A stretch of DNA of 64,000 nucleotides from an uncultured Acidobacteriota bacterium (GTDB lineage: Bacteria > Acidobacteriota > JAQAZP01), in the NCBI GenBank assembly GCA_963836075.1, contig CAWIIB010000009.1, positions 2,464,001 to 2,528,000 on the forward strand, written 5' to 3'. The translations under genes were made by a program, and so were the position numbers. Shown piece by piece: positions 49,125 to 59,924 of this stretch. Each line of letters starts with the position of its first letter. Position 1 is the first letter of the stretch. The notes under the pieces are model-generated. The model did no database searches. It saw only the letters and a list, made by a program, of their open reading frames with translations, and had not been told where the DNA came from.

Positions 49125-50101
49125 GAGTTTGATCGGTATTCCGGACGGGCGGGGCGCAGCGTGATCAGCGCCACTTCCGGCGGGCAGTTGAAACGGACGA
49201 AGATTCCCGAGCTGCCCACGCCGGGGGAGGTGTACCCGGTCATTCCGTTGTGCTGCCAGAGGCCGGCATTGAACCGCCGCGGGGCCGAGCTGTGCATGCT
49301 CAGCGCCCCCACCAGGGGGAGCCTGATCTGGCCGGCGTGGGTGTGGCCGCAGAGGAAGAGGTCGGCGCCGCGCCGCGCCGCGCGCTCCCGCGCTTCGGGT
49401 GTGTGGCAGAGTACGGTGCAGAACTCGTCCCGCGGCACCGGGGCCATGGCCCGGCCGAAATCGGCGGCGCGGAAGAAATGCGGGTCGTCCACGCCGGTCA
49501 GCCAGAGACGTTCATCGTCCCGGGTGAAGGCCACCGATTCGTTGATCAGCATCCGCAGGCCACTGTTCTCCAGCCTTTCCATCATCGACCAGGAGTCGTG
49601 GTTGCCCAGCACCCCGAAACAGCCATGGCGGGTCCTGATCGAGGCCAGCACCTCCGCCGTCTGGTCCAGCGCCTTTTCCGGCGGCGAGTACATGCCGAAG
49701 CGGAAATCGCCGCCCAGCAGGCAGAGGTCGGCCTGCACACCGTCCACGGCCCGGACGATGGCCCTGGTGAGGTCGGGGTTGCCGTCAAAGTGCATGTCGG
49801 AGAGAAAGAGGATGTTGAAGCCGTCAAAGGATGGGGGCAGGCTGTTGAAATGGAGTTCGAAGCTGTTCAGCACCACGTTTTCGGCATTGCGCCGGCCCTG
49901 CTGATCCAGGCCCAGAACCCGGAGCATGGCCGGGATCACCGAGGTGGTGGCCTCGTACTGCTCCATGTGGGTCAGGCGGTCGATCAGTGGCGGTTTCGTG
50001 CCCCCCAGCCACGGTTCCCGGCAATAGCGGCCGGGGTGGATATCGACCCGGCGGTAGATCCCGTTGTCGCCAGGGGTCCCCTGTTTGCGGTCTGCTGCCA
50101 T
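49121..50101 (-). CDS. Calcineurin-like metallophosphoesterase (YkuE-like)
   Basis: SDMH, GGD, GNHD, GHTHAGQ, RFNCPPE. Confidence 0.88.
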   Translation of the reverse strand: MAADRKQGTPGDNGIYRRVDIHPGRYCREPWLGGTKPPLIDRLTHMEQYEATTSVIPAMLRVLGLDQQGRRNAENVVLNSFELHFNSLPPSFDGFNILFLSDMHFDGNPDLTRAIVRAVDGVQADLCLLGGDFRFGMYSPPEKALDQTAEVLASIRTRHGCFGVLGNHDSWSMMERLENSGLRMLINESVAFTRDDERLWLTGVDDPHFFRAADFGRAMAPVPRDEFCTVLCHTPEARERAARRGADLFLCGHTHAGQIRLPLVGALSMHSSAPRRFNAGLWQHNGMTGYTSPGVGSSGIFVRFNCPPEVALITLRPARPEYRSNS

Positions 50102-50199
50102 GAAAACCTTCCTTGCCGTGACGGGGAGTCCAGCGCTCCCGGAAAAATCAGGCTAGGGTATACGCCCGCCGCTGCCGCCCTGTCAAGGCGGCCACTGCC

Positions 50200-50228
50200 T
50201 TGACATCGGCGGCGAAGCGTCCTAACGT
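50200..50228 (+). promoter_or_regulatory. Sigma70 promoter for glgB
   Basis: TTGACA-N17-TAACGT. Confidence 0.55.
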
Positions 50229-50288
50229 GATTCCCGTTCTCCGGCGACCCCGGCAGGGGGCCGTTGTTCATTGGCAGGGGGAGGGATC

Positions 50289-52562
50289 GTGCCCGACAAC
50301 AGCAGACCGAAACGCAGGAAGGCCAAAGACGCCGCGCGGCCCCGGTGGCAGGCGGTGACCGCGCCGAACCTGGTGGAAGAAATCGTGGAGTCCCGCTGTG
50401 CCGACCCCTTTTCCGTGCTCGGTGCGCACCACACGGGTGAGGGCGCCAACAGCGGTGTGGTGGTCCGGACCTTTCACCCCGAGGCCACCGATGTGACCCT
50501 GGTGATCCTCGATCCCGGCGGGAAAGTGGAAACCGAAAATGCCATGGAGCGGGTCCATCCCGACGGGTTCTTCCAGTTCTTCACGCCGGGACGGGACCAG
50601 CTCTTCGACTACCGGCTGCGGCTGACCTATGACGACGGGTCCCAGGGCACCATCCGCGACCCCTACTGCTTCCTGCCGGTGCTGGGCACCCTCGACCGCT
50701 ACCTCTTCAATCAGGGCAACCACCTGCGGATCTACGAGAAGCTGGGCGCGCACCTGATGGAGATCGGCGGCGAGCCGGGAGTGCACTTTGCCGTCTGGGC
50801 CCCCAGCGCGCGACGGGTTTCGGTGGTCGGCGGGTTCAACCAGTGGGACGGCCGGCGCCACCCCATGCGGTCACTGGGCGTCTCCGGGATCTGGGAGCTC
50901 TTCATCCCCGGCCTGCAGCACGGCCAGGACTACCGCTACGAGATCAGGACCGCTGACGGCCGCCTGCTGCAAAAGTCCGATCCCTATGCCAACCACTGCC
51001 GGGAACGGGAGGAAGGGCGCCCCTCGCTGGTCTGGGACCTGGGCCGCCACCAGTGGGAAGACGGGGAGTGGATGGCCCGCCGGGCCGGGCAGGAGTTCAA
51101 CCAGCCGCTATCGATCTACGAGGTGCACCTCGGTTCCTGGCGGCGGGTGGCCGAGGAGAACAACCGCAGCCTGAGCTACCGCGAGCTCGCCGAATACCTG
51201 GTGGACTACGTGGCCGACATGGGGTTCACCCACGTGCAGCTGATGCCGGTGGCCGAGCATCCCTTTGGCGGTTCCTGGGGCTACCAGGTGACCCAGTATT
51301 TTGCCCCCACCAGCCGTTTTGGCGACCCGGAGGACCTGATGTACCTGGTGGACCGTTTCCACCAGCGGGGCATCGGCGTCTTCCTCGACTGGGTGCCGGC
51401 GCACTTTCCCACCGACGGGCACAGCCTGGCCCGCTTTGACGGGTCGGCCCTCTACGAGCACGACGACCCCCGGCTGGGTGCGCACCCCGACTGGGGTACG
51501 CTGATCTTCAACTACGGGCGTCACGAGGTGCGCAACTTCCTCATCGCCAATGCCCACTTCTGGCTCGACCGCTACCACGTGGACGGGCTGCGGGTGGATG
51601 CGGTGGCCTCCATGCTCTACCTCGACTACAGCCGCCGGGAAGGGGAGTGGATCGCCAACCGCTACGGGGGCCGGGAGAACCTGGACGCCATCGAGTTTCT
51701 CAAACAGATGAACATCAGTGTCTTCCAGCACCACCCCGGGTCGCTGACCGTGGCCGAAGAGTCCACCGCCTGGCCCGGCGTCTCCCGCCCGGCCCACCTG
51801 GGCGGCCTCGGTTTCGGCATGAAGTGGAACATGGGCTGGATGCACGACATGCTGACTTACATGGCCGAGGACCCGGTGCACCGCAAGTATCACCACAGCA
51901 GTCTGACCTTCGCCCTGCTCTACGCCTTCCACGAGAACTTCATCCTCCCCCTGTCCCACGACGAGGTGGTCTACGGCAAGCGCTCGCTGCTGGAGAAGAT
52001 GCCGGGGGACCTGTGGCAGAAAATGGCCAACCTGCGGCTGCTCTTCGGCTACATGTTCGGACAGCCGGGGAAGAAGCTGCTCTTCATGGGCGGCGAGTTC
52101 GGCCAGCGGGACGAGTGGGACCACCAGAAGAGCCTCGACTGGCACCTGCTGGATGACCCGCAACACGCCGGGATTCAGCGCTACGTCCGCGATCTGAACC
52201 AGCTCTACCGGCGGGAACCGGCGATGTGGGAGAAGGACTTCAGCCCCGAGGGGTTCCAGTGGATCGACCTGCACAACTGGGAGGAGAGCGTGGTGGCCTT
52301 CCTCCGGCGGGGCAATGATGCGGAGGACTCGCTGGTCTTTGTCTACAATTTCACGCCGGTGCCCCGGTCAACCTACCGCATCGGCGTGCCCCGCGGCGGC
52401 GGTTACGCCGAGATCCTGAACAGCGACTCGGAGATCTACGGCGGGTCGAATGTGGGGAACCTCGGCCGTATCGCAGCCGAGGCCCTGCCCTGGGACGGGA
52501 TGAGCCACTCCATCAGCATCACCCTCCCGCCCCTGGCGGCCCTGGTGTTCAAGCCGCTGTAG
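50289..52562 (+). CDS. glgB: 1,4-alpha-glucan branching enzyme GlgB
   Basis: FAVWAP, YEVHLGSW, DWVPAHF, GLRVDAVASMLY, AEEST, LSHDEVV. Confidence 0.96.
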   Translation: MPDNSRPKRRKAKDAARPRWQAVTAPNLVEEIVESRCADPFSVLGAHHTGEGANSGVVVRTFHPEATDVTLVILDPGGKVETENAMERVHPDGFFQFFTPGRDQLFDYRLRLTYDDGSQGTIRDPYCFLPVLGTLDRYLFNQGNHLRIYEKLGAHLMEIGGEPGVHFAVWAPSARRVSVVGGFNQWDGRRHPMRSLGVSGIWELFIPGLQHGQDYRYEIRTADGRLLQKSDPYANHCREREEGRPSLVWDLGRHQWEDGEWMARRAGQEFNQPLSIYEVHLGSWRRVAEENNRSLSYRELAEYLVDYVADMGFTHVQLMPVAEHPFGGSWGYQVTQYFAPTSRFGDPEDLMYLVDRFHQRGIGVFLDWVPAHFPTDGHSLARFDGSALYEHDDPRLGAHPDWGTLIFNYGRHEVRNFLIANAHFWLDRYHVDGLRVDAVASMLYLDYSRREGEWIANRYGGRENLDAIEFLKQMNISVFQHHPGSLTVAEESTAWPGVSRPAHLGGLGFGMKWNMGWMHDMLTYMAEDPVHRKYHHSSLTFALLYAFHENFILPLSHDEVVYGKRSLLEKMPGDLWQKMANLRLLFGYMFGQPGKKLLFMGGEFGQRDEWDHQKSLDWHLLDDPQHAGIQRYVRDLNQLYRREPAMWEKDFSPEGFQWIDLHNWEESVVAFLRRGNDAEDSLVFVYNFTPVPRSTYRIGVPRGGGYAEILNSDSEIYGGSNVGNLGRIAAEALPWDGMSHSISITLPPLAALVFKPL

Positions 52563-52582
52563 CAGGCCGCGGGGCGCGGCCG

Positions 52583-54973
52583 TCAACCCTCTGTCCTTCC
52601 GTTGAACAGATCCTCCAGCGACCGGCGGTGGAACCCCAGCAGTTCGGCCAGATCGAGGGCTCCGTGCGGCGCCGCCGGCGCACTGCCGTCACCATGGAGG
52701 GAGGCCTCCAGCGCTTCCCAGAAGCGGATCTGCAGGGTGCGGCTCCCGGCGGGCTCCAGCCCCATCCGTCCGCCCAGCCGGGCCAGCTTCAGGGCTTCCT
52801 GCAGCGGTTTTGGCGAACTGAACAGGTCGGGGCGCTCCAGCTGCCGGCCCAGGGCCCGTTCAAAGGCCGCCGCACCGGCCGTGGTGTCCAGGGGCAGGTC
52901 CAGGGCCCGGGCCGTCCGCAGCATGCCCCGGGCCGGCCGGAACGCCTTGGGGTCCCCGCGCTCCAGGGCCTCTTCCACCCGTTCTTCGAAGAGACGGGTC
53001 AAGGCCAGGGCGGCGCCGGTATCACGGTTTCGCACCGCTCGCTGATAGAGGTCACGGCCGGTGCCGTGCAGTTCCAGCATCCTGCGGGCGCGGCTCTCCT
53101 CCTGCCGGCGCCGCAGCCTCTCCTCCAGGATCTCCCGGAAGGCCGGCGGCAGCAGCTGCTCCCGGTGGAAGTTCCACGGATGGCCGTGGAGGATCTCCTC
53201 CTCCGATGACCGGGCCAACGACTGCAGCAGGTCGTGCAGTGCGCTCTCGGCCTTGTCCTCCGCCACCTCCTCGGCCCAGGCCCGGCATTCGCCCTCATCC
53301 GTCCGCAGGACCAGGTGGAGGAACGCCCGGGGCGCGGGGAACCGCCTGTTTTGCAGCCGGGACCAGCCGGCGGCCAGCGCGAGGGATCCCCGGCTGAGCT
53401 GTTCCACCAGGGCCGTGTCCCAGTGCTGTTCGCCGTGCTCGCCCAGGGGGCGCTCCACCCCGCAAAAGGAGAGCAGTGCGGCGGCGGCCGCCAGATCTCC
53501 CGCACCCAGAGTGCGCGGGAGCACCTCCCGCCGGTAGATCCGGGCGCCGGTGCCCTTGCCTGGGATGTTGCTCACCGCCTGGCCGAGGGTCCGCAGCAGC
53601 TCCCCCTCGGCCTGCTCCCCGAAATCGCCGGCCAGCAGTTCGGCGACCCGCCGGGCGTAGAGCATGTTCTGCAGCGGTTCCAGGCCGCTGATGTCGTTGA
53701 AGAACCAGCCGCAGGAGGTGAACATCAGCTGGCTGTAATACTGCAGCTGGCGCAGGGCCCGGGAACGGGGCCCCTCTCCGGGGTCCGTGGCGGCCGGGCC
53801 GTCGGTTGGCGCCCCCTCCCGCTGCAGCACGGTGTCGGCACGGTCCCGCAGGCCGTTGAGGGCAGTTCTCAGCGGAGCCCGCCACCGCTGGTTCCAGCCC
53901 GCTTCCGCCCCGGTGGAGCAGCCGCAGTCCCGGACCCAGCGGCCCACGCCGTGGGCGCAGGACCAGGCGGTTCCCTCACCCCCCGGGCCGGGCTGCAGCC
54001 GGGCCTCCAGTTGCGGGGGGAAGAGCTCCAGGAACCGGCCGAAGTTGGTCAGCCGGAAGCCCCGCTGTTCCGGCGGCTCGCTGAAGACCCAGCTGAGGCA
54101 CATGTTGCCGAACTGCTCGTGGTGGCCAAAGGTCTCGCCGTCGGTGGCCACTACCACCGCCTGGGCCGCCGGGTCCGACTCGTCGAAGGCGCGCTCCAGC
54201 CGCCGGGCAAAGGTGCGGCCGTCGCGGAGCAGGTGATCGAAGCTGATCTCCCGCGACAGGTCGGGGTGGAAGAAAAAGACGTCCAGGTGCCCCGTCCCCC
54301 GGTCCCGGCCGAACACCCGGCATGCTCGCCGGTGTACCACCGATCCGGGTTCGGGAATCTCCTCCCAGCCTCCGCTGCCGTCCAGGGGCCGGGTGGCCTC
54401 CAGCTGGGAGGGGGCGAGGACCGCATACTCGACACCGCATTCGATGAGCAGTTCCGCGGTCTCCAGGTCCACGGCCGTTTCGGGCAGCCAGAGGCCCCGG
54501 GAGCGGCGGCCGAAGCGCCGCTGGAAATCGGACAGGCCCCAGAGGATCTGGGTCCGCTTGTCCTTCCGGCTGCACAGGGGGAGGATCGCGTGATTGTAGG
54601 CCTGGGCCATGGCGTTGCCGTGGCCGCCCCGGCGCCCGGCGCCGATCAGGTCACCGCGGATGATCTGCCGGTAGACGTCCGGCGCATTGGGTTCCAGCCA
54701 CTCCAGCAGGGTGGGGCCCACATTGAAACTCAGGTGCTCGAAATTGTTGACCAGCGCCGCGATCCGTCCCCCGCGGGCCAGCAGCGGCGAAAAGGCATTG
54801 GAGCGGTAGCACTCCTCGGTGATCCGCTCCGTCCAGTGACGGTAGGGCGCGGCCGAGTCCTGGCGCTCGATGAAACCGAGCCAGGGGTTCTCCCGCGGGG
54901 GCTGGTAGAAGTGCCCGTGAATGATCACAAAGTGCCGGTCATTTTCGTGTATGCTGTTCATCGACGGCTGCAT
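52583..54973 (-). CDS. GH57 / DUF3536 glycoside hydrolase
   Basis: HGHFYQPPRENPW, SFNVGPTLL, WLPET, ATDGETFGHH, WSCAHGVGRW..DCGC, TSCGWFF. Confidence 0.88.
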   Translation of the reverse strand: MQPSMNSIHENDRHFVIIHGHFYQPPRENPWLGFIERQDSAAPYRHWTERITEECYRSNAFSPLLARGGRIAALVNNFEHLSFNVGPTLLEWLEPNAPDVYRQIIRGDLIGAGRRGGHGNAMAQAYNHAILPLCSRKDKRTQILWGLSDFQRRFGRRSRGLWLPETAVDLETAELLIECGVEYAVLAPSQLEATRPLDGSGGWEEIPEPGSVVHRRACRVFGRDRGTGHLDVFFFHPDLSREISFDHLLRDGRTFARRLERAFDESDPAAQAVVVATDGETFGHHEQFGNMCLSWVFSEPPEQRGFRLTNFGRFLELFPPQLEARLQPGPGGEGTAWSCAHGVGRWVRDCGCSTGAEAGWNQRWRAPLRTALNGLRDRADTVLQREGAPTDGPAATDPGEGPRSRALRQLQYYSQLMFTSCGWFFNDISGLEPLQNMLYARRVAELLAGDFGEQAEGELLRTLGQAVSNIPGKGTGARIYRREVLPRTLGAGDLAAAAALLSFCGVERPLGEHGEQHWDTALVEQLSRGSLALAAGWSRLQNRRFPAPRAFLHLVLRTDEGECRAWAEEVAEDKAESALHDLLQSLARSSEEEILHGHPWNFHREQLLPPAFREILEERLRRRQEESRARRMLELHGTGRDLYQRAVRNRDTGAALALTRLFEERVEEALERGDPKAFRPARGMLRTARALDLPLDTTAGAAAFERALGRQLERPDLFSSPKPLQEALKLARLGGRMGLEPAGSRTLQIRFWEALEASLHGDGSAPAAPHGALDLAELLGFHRRSLEDLFNGRTEG

Positions 54974-55032
54974 CCTCCTGGGTGCGGTATTCTATCAGAC
55001 GGCACGTTGACCGCCATGCTGGAGAGGAAAAA

Positions 55033-55383
55033 ATGAAAATCGTCAGCCTCGGTGACGTGGAGCGGCAGAAGGTGGTGATGGAGGGGGCCTCGGGCGCCTG
55101 CAAGCAGGTGCCGGTGGGGGGCGGGGACGGTTCTCCGCTGATGGCCCTCAGGGTCTTCACCATCGAGCCGGGCGGGTTCACCCCGCGCCACCACCACCCC
55201 TATGAGCACATCAACTACATCATCAGCGGCAGCGGTTTCCTCAAGGACCCGGAAGGGAATGAGCGGCCCCTGGCAGCCGGCGATTTCGCCCTGGTGCTGC
55301 CCGATGAGCTGCACCAGTACCGCAACGGGTCGCCGGACGAACCGCTGGTGATGATCTGTCTCGTCCCCCGGGAGTTCGAGTGA
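55033..55383 (+). CDS. Cupin domain protein
   Basis: PGGFTPRHHHPYEH...ELHQYRN. Confidence 0.85.
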   Translation: MKIVSLGDVERQKVVMEGASGACKQVPVGGGDGSPLMALRVFTIEPGGFTPRHHHPYEHINYIISGSGFLKDPEGNERPLAAGDFALVLPDELHQYRNGSPDEPLVMICLVPREFE

Positions 55384-55835
55384 GCGGCGCGGAAAGCAGG
55401 CCCTTCTGGGAGACCATACCGCTGGCCGAGATGACCACCCGGCAGTGGGAGTCGCTGTGCGACGGCTGTGCCCGCTGCTGCCTGGAGAAGCTGGAGGATA
55501 CCCGGGCGGGCACACTCTACTTCACCCGGGTGGCCTGCCAGTTGCTGGACATCGAGCGTTGCCGCTGCACCGACTATTCGCGGCGGGCCCGGCTCGTTCC
55601 CGACTGCCTGCGCCTGACCCCCGACCTGGGGGAGACCTTCCGCTGGCTGCCGGTCAGCTGTGCCTACCGCCTGATCCACGAGGGCCGGCCGCTGGCCCAC
55701 TGGCACCCGCTGGTCTCCGGCGACACCGACTCGGTGCACCGGGCGGGCATCTCGGTGCGCGCACTGGCCGTACCCAAGACCGAAGCCCCGGACCAGATCC
55801 TCGAGGACCACATCATTCTCAGCCAGGCCCTGTAG
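55380..55835 (+). CDS. YcgN-family cysteine-cluster protein
   Basis: WESLCDGCARCCLEKLED...C..Y..R..VPDC, WLPVSCAYR. Confidence 0.9.
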   Translation: MSGAESRPFWETIPLAEMTTRQWESLCDGCARCCLEKLEDTRAGTLYFTRVACQLLDIERCRCTDYSRRARLVPDCLRLTPDLGETFRWLPVSCAYRLIHEGRPLAHWHPLVSGDTDSVHRAGISVRALAVPKTEAPDQILEDHIILSQAL

Positions 55836-55880
55836 CAGACCCTCGGGCTTCGCCCGCTCATCGCAATGACAGGTGGGAAT

Positions 55881-56264
55881 CTAGAAGGCGGCGGGAATGT
55901 GCTCGATGCGGGCGTCGCCGCTGCTCTGGATGGTGATCCCGATCACGTCAAAACGGCAGACCCGCCGGCTGAGATCGGGGTGCTGCTGGAGCCAGGCCTC
56001 GGCCAGCCGGGCCAGGCGGCGCTGCTTGCGGGCGTCCACCGCCTCCAGCGGGGAGCCGAAGGCCGTGCCGCGGCGTGTCTTGACCTCGACAAAGATCAGC
56101 AGCGGCTCCTCGCCCTCTCCCGGGCCGTCGGCGACGATGTCGATCTCCCCCAGACGGCTGCGGGCGTTGGTTTCCCGGATGCGGCAGCCCAGGCCACGGA
56201 GAAAGTCGGCGGCCAGTTCCTCTCCCCGGTGGCCGAGGGACTGGGCTGGTGTGCTGGAGGACAT
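55881..56264 (-). CDS. yraN: YraN-family nuclease-like protein
   Basis: GEELAA..L, GEIDIV, FVEVKTR, RFDVI. Confidence 0.9.
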   Translation of the reverse strand: MSSSTPAQSLGHRGEELAADFLRGLGCRIRETNARSRLGEIDIVADGPGEGEEPLLIFVEVKTRRGTAFGSPLEAVDARKQRRLARLAEAWLQQHPDLSRRVCRFDVIGITIQSSGDARIEHIPAAF

Positions 56265-56279
56265 GGTCTTGTGAAGTGG

Positions 56280-56858
56280 TCAGTTCGGGCGGCCCTGCTG
56301 CCGTCCCTGGTGTTCCATTCCGCGCAGCCTTTTCACCCGCTGCCGCATGTCGTTGTGAAAGCGCTGCTGGAAGATGATGAATTTCGCGTATTGCCGGGTG
56401 GAGAGCAGGGCGGCGATTTCCAGATTCAACTGGTCCTGCTGCTGGTGAAAATCGTGATCCGCCTGCCGGATGCCGGTCAGCAGATTCTCGATTTCCGCCT
56501 CGCTGCTCTCGTCATCTTCCACCATTGCCGCCAGGGTGCGCTGCAGCTCCGACTGGGTCTGGAAATGTTCCCAGCGGGTCTTTTCGCGCACCTTGATCAG
56601 TGGCATGATCTTCAGCGCCTGTTCGTCGCTCAATTCCAGTTCTTCGGTGAGCCTGAACACCAGGTAGAGGTGCATGGTCTCCCGGAGCTCGTCGGACATT
56701 TCACCGGGCGGTCCGAAGGGTCCGGAAGGCGGAGGGCCCACCTGAGGCTGGTCCCCGGACGCCGGTTGCTCGGTCTGGGCCGCGGACGGTCCATAGACCA
56801 GCCCGGCCAGCAACAAGGCGGCCGCGGCCGCGGTGATGATCATTCGTCCCCTTGACAT
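56280..56858 (-). CDS. Spy/CpxP-like periplasmic protein
   Basis: Signal peptide, ELELSDEQ and LLSTRQ motifs, downstream of an ECF/anti-sigma pair. Confidence 0.65.
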   Translation of the reverse strand: MSRGRMIITAAAAALLLAGLVYGPSAAQTEQPASGDQPQVGPPPSGPFGPPGEMSDELRETMHLYLVFRLTEELELSDEQALKIMPLIKVREKTRWEHFQTQSELQRTLAAMVEDDESSEAEIENLLTGIRQADHDFHQQQDQLNLEIAALLSTRQYAKFIIFQQRFHNDMRQRVKRLRGMEHQGRQQGRPN

Positions 56859-56915
56859 TGCCATCCTCCACACCCCCTCCCGGGGTATTGTTTCCAGTGC
56901 CGGCGGCCCGGTGGC

Positions 56916-57647
56916 TCAGCTGCTGGTCATCTCCTCCCGCAGCATTTCCGCCAGCCGGTTCAGTTCGTCGCGGTCCAGTTCTTCCAGCAGCCGGTAGGTC
57001 TCTGTTCCATCCAGGGCCGCCTGCCACTGTTCCTCCCGCTCCAGCCAGGAGTGGATAACGTCATTGGACCCGCCTTCCGAACCGGCGGCGGCCAGTGTGG
57101 GGCTTACCGAGGCCAGCGGCGCATCAGGCTCACCGGCCGGGTCCTGCCGTTCGAAAAAAACCTCCAGCTGGGCCAGTGTGCTGTCCTCGGCGCCACGCAG
57201 GGCTGCCTCCAGACGGGAGTTGACCCGCCGGGCCTCCATCACCGCTTCGCCCCGCGGCCCCATGTTCGAGTAGAGCACCAGCAGGGCGAGGATCACCGTG
57301 GCCAGGGCCAGGGAACCGATGATCGCCGGGCGCAGCACCACCCGTTTCAGCCGTTCAGCGAAGCCCAGTTTCTCCGCCTGCTGGTCCATCCGGGTGCGCA
57401 GGTCGGGCAGGAAGCGATTCCAGAAGCCGCTCCCCGGGTCCGCAGCGTCGATGTCCGACACCTCGAGAATCAGTGCGCGCACGGTGCGGGCCTCTTCCCC
57501 GGCTTCGGGGTGTGCCTCGACCCAGGCGCTGAAGTCGGCCAGGTCGCTGCCCGATAGGTTGTTCTCGATGTAGTCGGGCAACAGCTGTTCGAATCGTTTG
57601 CGGTCCATGCCGGTCCCAGTTTTCTTCGTCCCGACGGCCGGGTTCAC
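56916..57647 (-). CDS. Putative single-TM anti-sigma factor
   Basis: N-terminal LLPDYIENNL anti-sigma-like helix, FW..F motif, one TM helix. Overlaps the sigma stop. Confidence 0.7.
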   Translation of the reverse strand: MNPAVGTKKTGTGMDRKRFEQLLPDYIENNLSGSDLADFSAWVEAHPEAGEEARTVRALILEVSDIDAADPGSGFWNRFLPDLRTRMDQQAEKLGFAERLKRVVLRPAIIGSLALATVILALLVLYSNMGPRGEAVMEARRVNSRLEAALRGAEDSTLAQLEVFFERQDPAGEPDAPLASVSPTLAAAGSEGGSNDVIHSWLEREEQWQAALDGTETYRLLEELDRDELNRLAEMLREEMTSS

Positions 57648-58195
57648 TCCTCGTTATCGCCGATCAGTTCCCGAAGTCGTTTCACCGCGTGGTAGAAATT
57701 GGCCTTGGCCGTTCCCACCGGGCAGCGCATGATCTCCGAGATCTCTTCGTATTTCAGTTCGCCGTACACCTTGAGCATCAGGGTCTGCTTCTGTTTTACC
57801 GGCAACCGGGCGATGGCGTCCTTCAGCATTGCAGTACGCTGTTGCTGCTGCAGAGCCAGCAGCGGATCGCTGGCGGTCCCGTTGCCCGCCATGGTGTCCA
57901 TCTCGCCCTCTTGCAGTTCCACCCGCCGGCTGATCCGCGGCGCTTTGAGATAGTTCAGGCTCAGGTTGATCACGATCCGGTAGAGCCAGGTACGGAAACT
58001 GCTGTCACCGCGGAAATTTTCCATCGACTGGTAGCAGCGGACAAAAGCGTCCTGGGCCAGGTCCCGGGCGTCCTCGTGGGACCTGGTCAGCCGCAGGGCG
58101 ATGAAATACGCCTCGCGCTTATGCCGTTCCACCAGCTTGTTGAAGGCCCCTTCGTCACCATGCCGGAAACGTTCGACCAGGATGCTGTCGTCCAC
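57644..58195 (-). CDS. ECF sigma factor (RpoE/SigW-like)
   Basis: DARDLAQDAF, FRGDSSFRTWLYRI..N, YEEISEIMRCPVGTAK. Confidence 0.92.
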   Translation of the reverse strand: MDDSILVERFRHGDEGAFNKLVERHKREAYFIALRLTRSHEDARDLAQDAFVRCYQSMENFRGDSSFRTWLYRIVINLSLNYLKAPRISRRVELQEGEMDTMAGNGTASDPLLALQQQQRTAMLKDAIARLPVKQKQTLMLKVYGELKYEEISEIMRCPVGTAKANFYHAVKRLRELIGDNEE

Positions 58196-58342
58196 GGGTT
58201 GTTCCTTCCCCTGGTCCTGGCCCCCTGGAGCACGGCCCTGCCGGACGGCTCATCTATAGGGACAACCCGGAGCGACGGGTGGTTTAATATCTGCTGTGGA
58301 CCGCCGGGAATAACCTGGCCGGCGGGAGGGGATGTTCCGGGC

Positions 58343-59788
58343 TCAGGTGGTCCAGACCAGCAGCCTGGGGTGGCCCACCGAGTAAACCTTGGTGCCCACG
58401 GAGCCGTCCTCCTGCCGGAAGTCTTCCAGTTCGTACCCGGCATCGCTCAGCTCCTGCCGGATGATGTCAGCCTTGGCAAAGTCCTTGGCCATGCGGGCGG
58501 CAGCCCGCTCGTTCACCAGCCGCCGCAAATCCTCGTCAAAGGTCGCGTCCTGTTCCGCCGCGGCCGGCAGGAGGACCCCCAGTACCTCGTCCATCCTCCG
58601 GGCCTGCTCGGCGAACTGCCGGGCGTTGCCCTGCCGCAGCTGGCCACCGTCGGCGGCGGTATTGCCCTCCCGGACCATCTGGAACAGGGCGCCCAGGGCA
58701 CCGGCGGTGTTCAGGTCGTCATCCATGGCCGCCTCGAAACCCTCACGCCCCCTTTCGGCGGCGGCGAGCAGCTCCGGATCCTCCCCCTCGGGAAAGCCGG
58801 CGCCACTCATCCGTTCCAGGAAATCGCGCAACCGGCCGATGGCCTGTCCGGCGTGGCTGATCCCCTCGAGAGTGAAGTTCAGCTGCTTGCGGTAGTGGAC
58901 CGAGAGCAGCAGGTAGCGGATGGCCACCGGGGAGAACCCCCGGGTGGTGAGATCGCGCAAGGTATAGAAGTTGCCCTTGGATTTGGACATTTTCTCGCCG
59001 TCCACGATCAGGTGTTCGCTGTGCAGCCAGTAGTTGACGAACGGCTCGCCGGTGGCCCCGCGGCTCTGGGCGATCTCGTTTTCGTGGTGCGGGAAGATGT
59101 TGTCCACCCCGCCGGTGTGGATGTCGAAGTGTGAACCGAGGTAGCGCATGCTCATCGCCGAGCATTCGATGTGCCAGCCGGGACGGCCCTCGCCGAAGCT
59201 GGCGGGCCAGGACGGTTCACCCTCCTTGCGGTCTTTCCACAGGGCGAAGTCCCGCACGTCCTCCTTCTCGTACTCGTCGCTGGCCACCCGGGCTCCGGCC
59301 TTGATCCCTGCCGGGTCCACGCCGGAAAGCTGCCCGTATTCGGGGAAGGAGCTGATGCGGAAGTAGATCCCCCCTTCGCTGCGGTAGGCGTGTCCGCGTT
59401 CGATCAATTTTTCGATGATCTGCACCATCTCTTCGATGCAGTCGGTGGCCCGGGGGTATTCCTCGGCCCGATCGATGCTCAACGAGTCGAGGTCTTCGAA
59501 AAAGGCCTCGGTGAAGCCCGAGGTGAACTCCTGGATCGTGATCCCGGCCGCCTTGGAATCACGGATGATCTTGTCCTCGATGTCGGTGATGTTCATCACC
59601 TGGAACACCTCGAAGCCCTTGTACTTCAGGTAGCGGCGGAGCACGTCCTCGAAGATGTAGGTCCGGAAATTGCCGATGTGGGCAAAGTTGTAGACAGTGG
59701 GACCGCAGGTGTACAGACCCGCCCGGCCGTCCTGGAGCGGCACGAATTCCTCTTTTTCCCGGGTGAGGGTGTTGTACAGCCTGAGCAT
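58343..59788 (-). CDS. cysS: Cysteine--tRNA ligase
   Basis: YTCGPTVY..AHIGN, GRPGWHIECSAM, FPHHENE, KMSKS. Confidence 0.97.
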   Translation of the reverse strand: MLRLYNTLTREKEEFVPLQDGRAGLYTCGPTVYNFAHIGNFRTYIFEDVLRRYLKYKGFEVFQVMNITDIEDKIIRDSKAAGITIQEFTSGFTEAFFEDLDSLSIDRAEEYPRATDCIEEMVQIIEKLIERGHAYRSEGGIYFRISSFPEYGQLSGVDPAGIKAGARVASDEYEKEDVRDFALWKDRKEGEPSWPASFGEGRPGWHIECSAMSMRYLGSHFDIHTGGVDNIFPHHENEIAQSRGATGEPFVNYWLHSEHLIVDGEKMSKSKGNFYTLRDLTTRGFSPVAIRYLLLSVHYRKQLNFTLEGISHAGQAIGRLRDFLERMSGAGFPEGEDPELLAAAERGREGFEAAMDDDLNTAGALGALFQMVREGNTAADGGQLRQGNARQFAEQARRMDEVLGVLLPAAAEQDATFDEDLRRLVNERAAARMAKDFAKADIIRQELSDAGYELEDFRQEDGSVGTKVYSVGHPRLLVWTT

Positions 59789-59924
59789 CAGCTTTTCCTC
59801 CTCCTGCTCCTTCCGCCGCCGGTCGATTCCCCGCGGCTATCTCTCGCTTCCGGCCGGGGAGAAGTATGCTTATATAGGGCAGCGCCCCGGGAAAGTCAAT
59901 TGAAACTTTCAGCGAGCCCCCGGC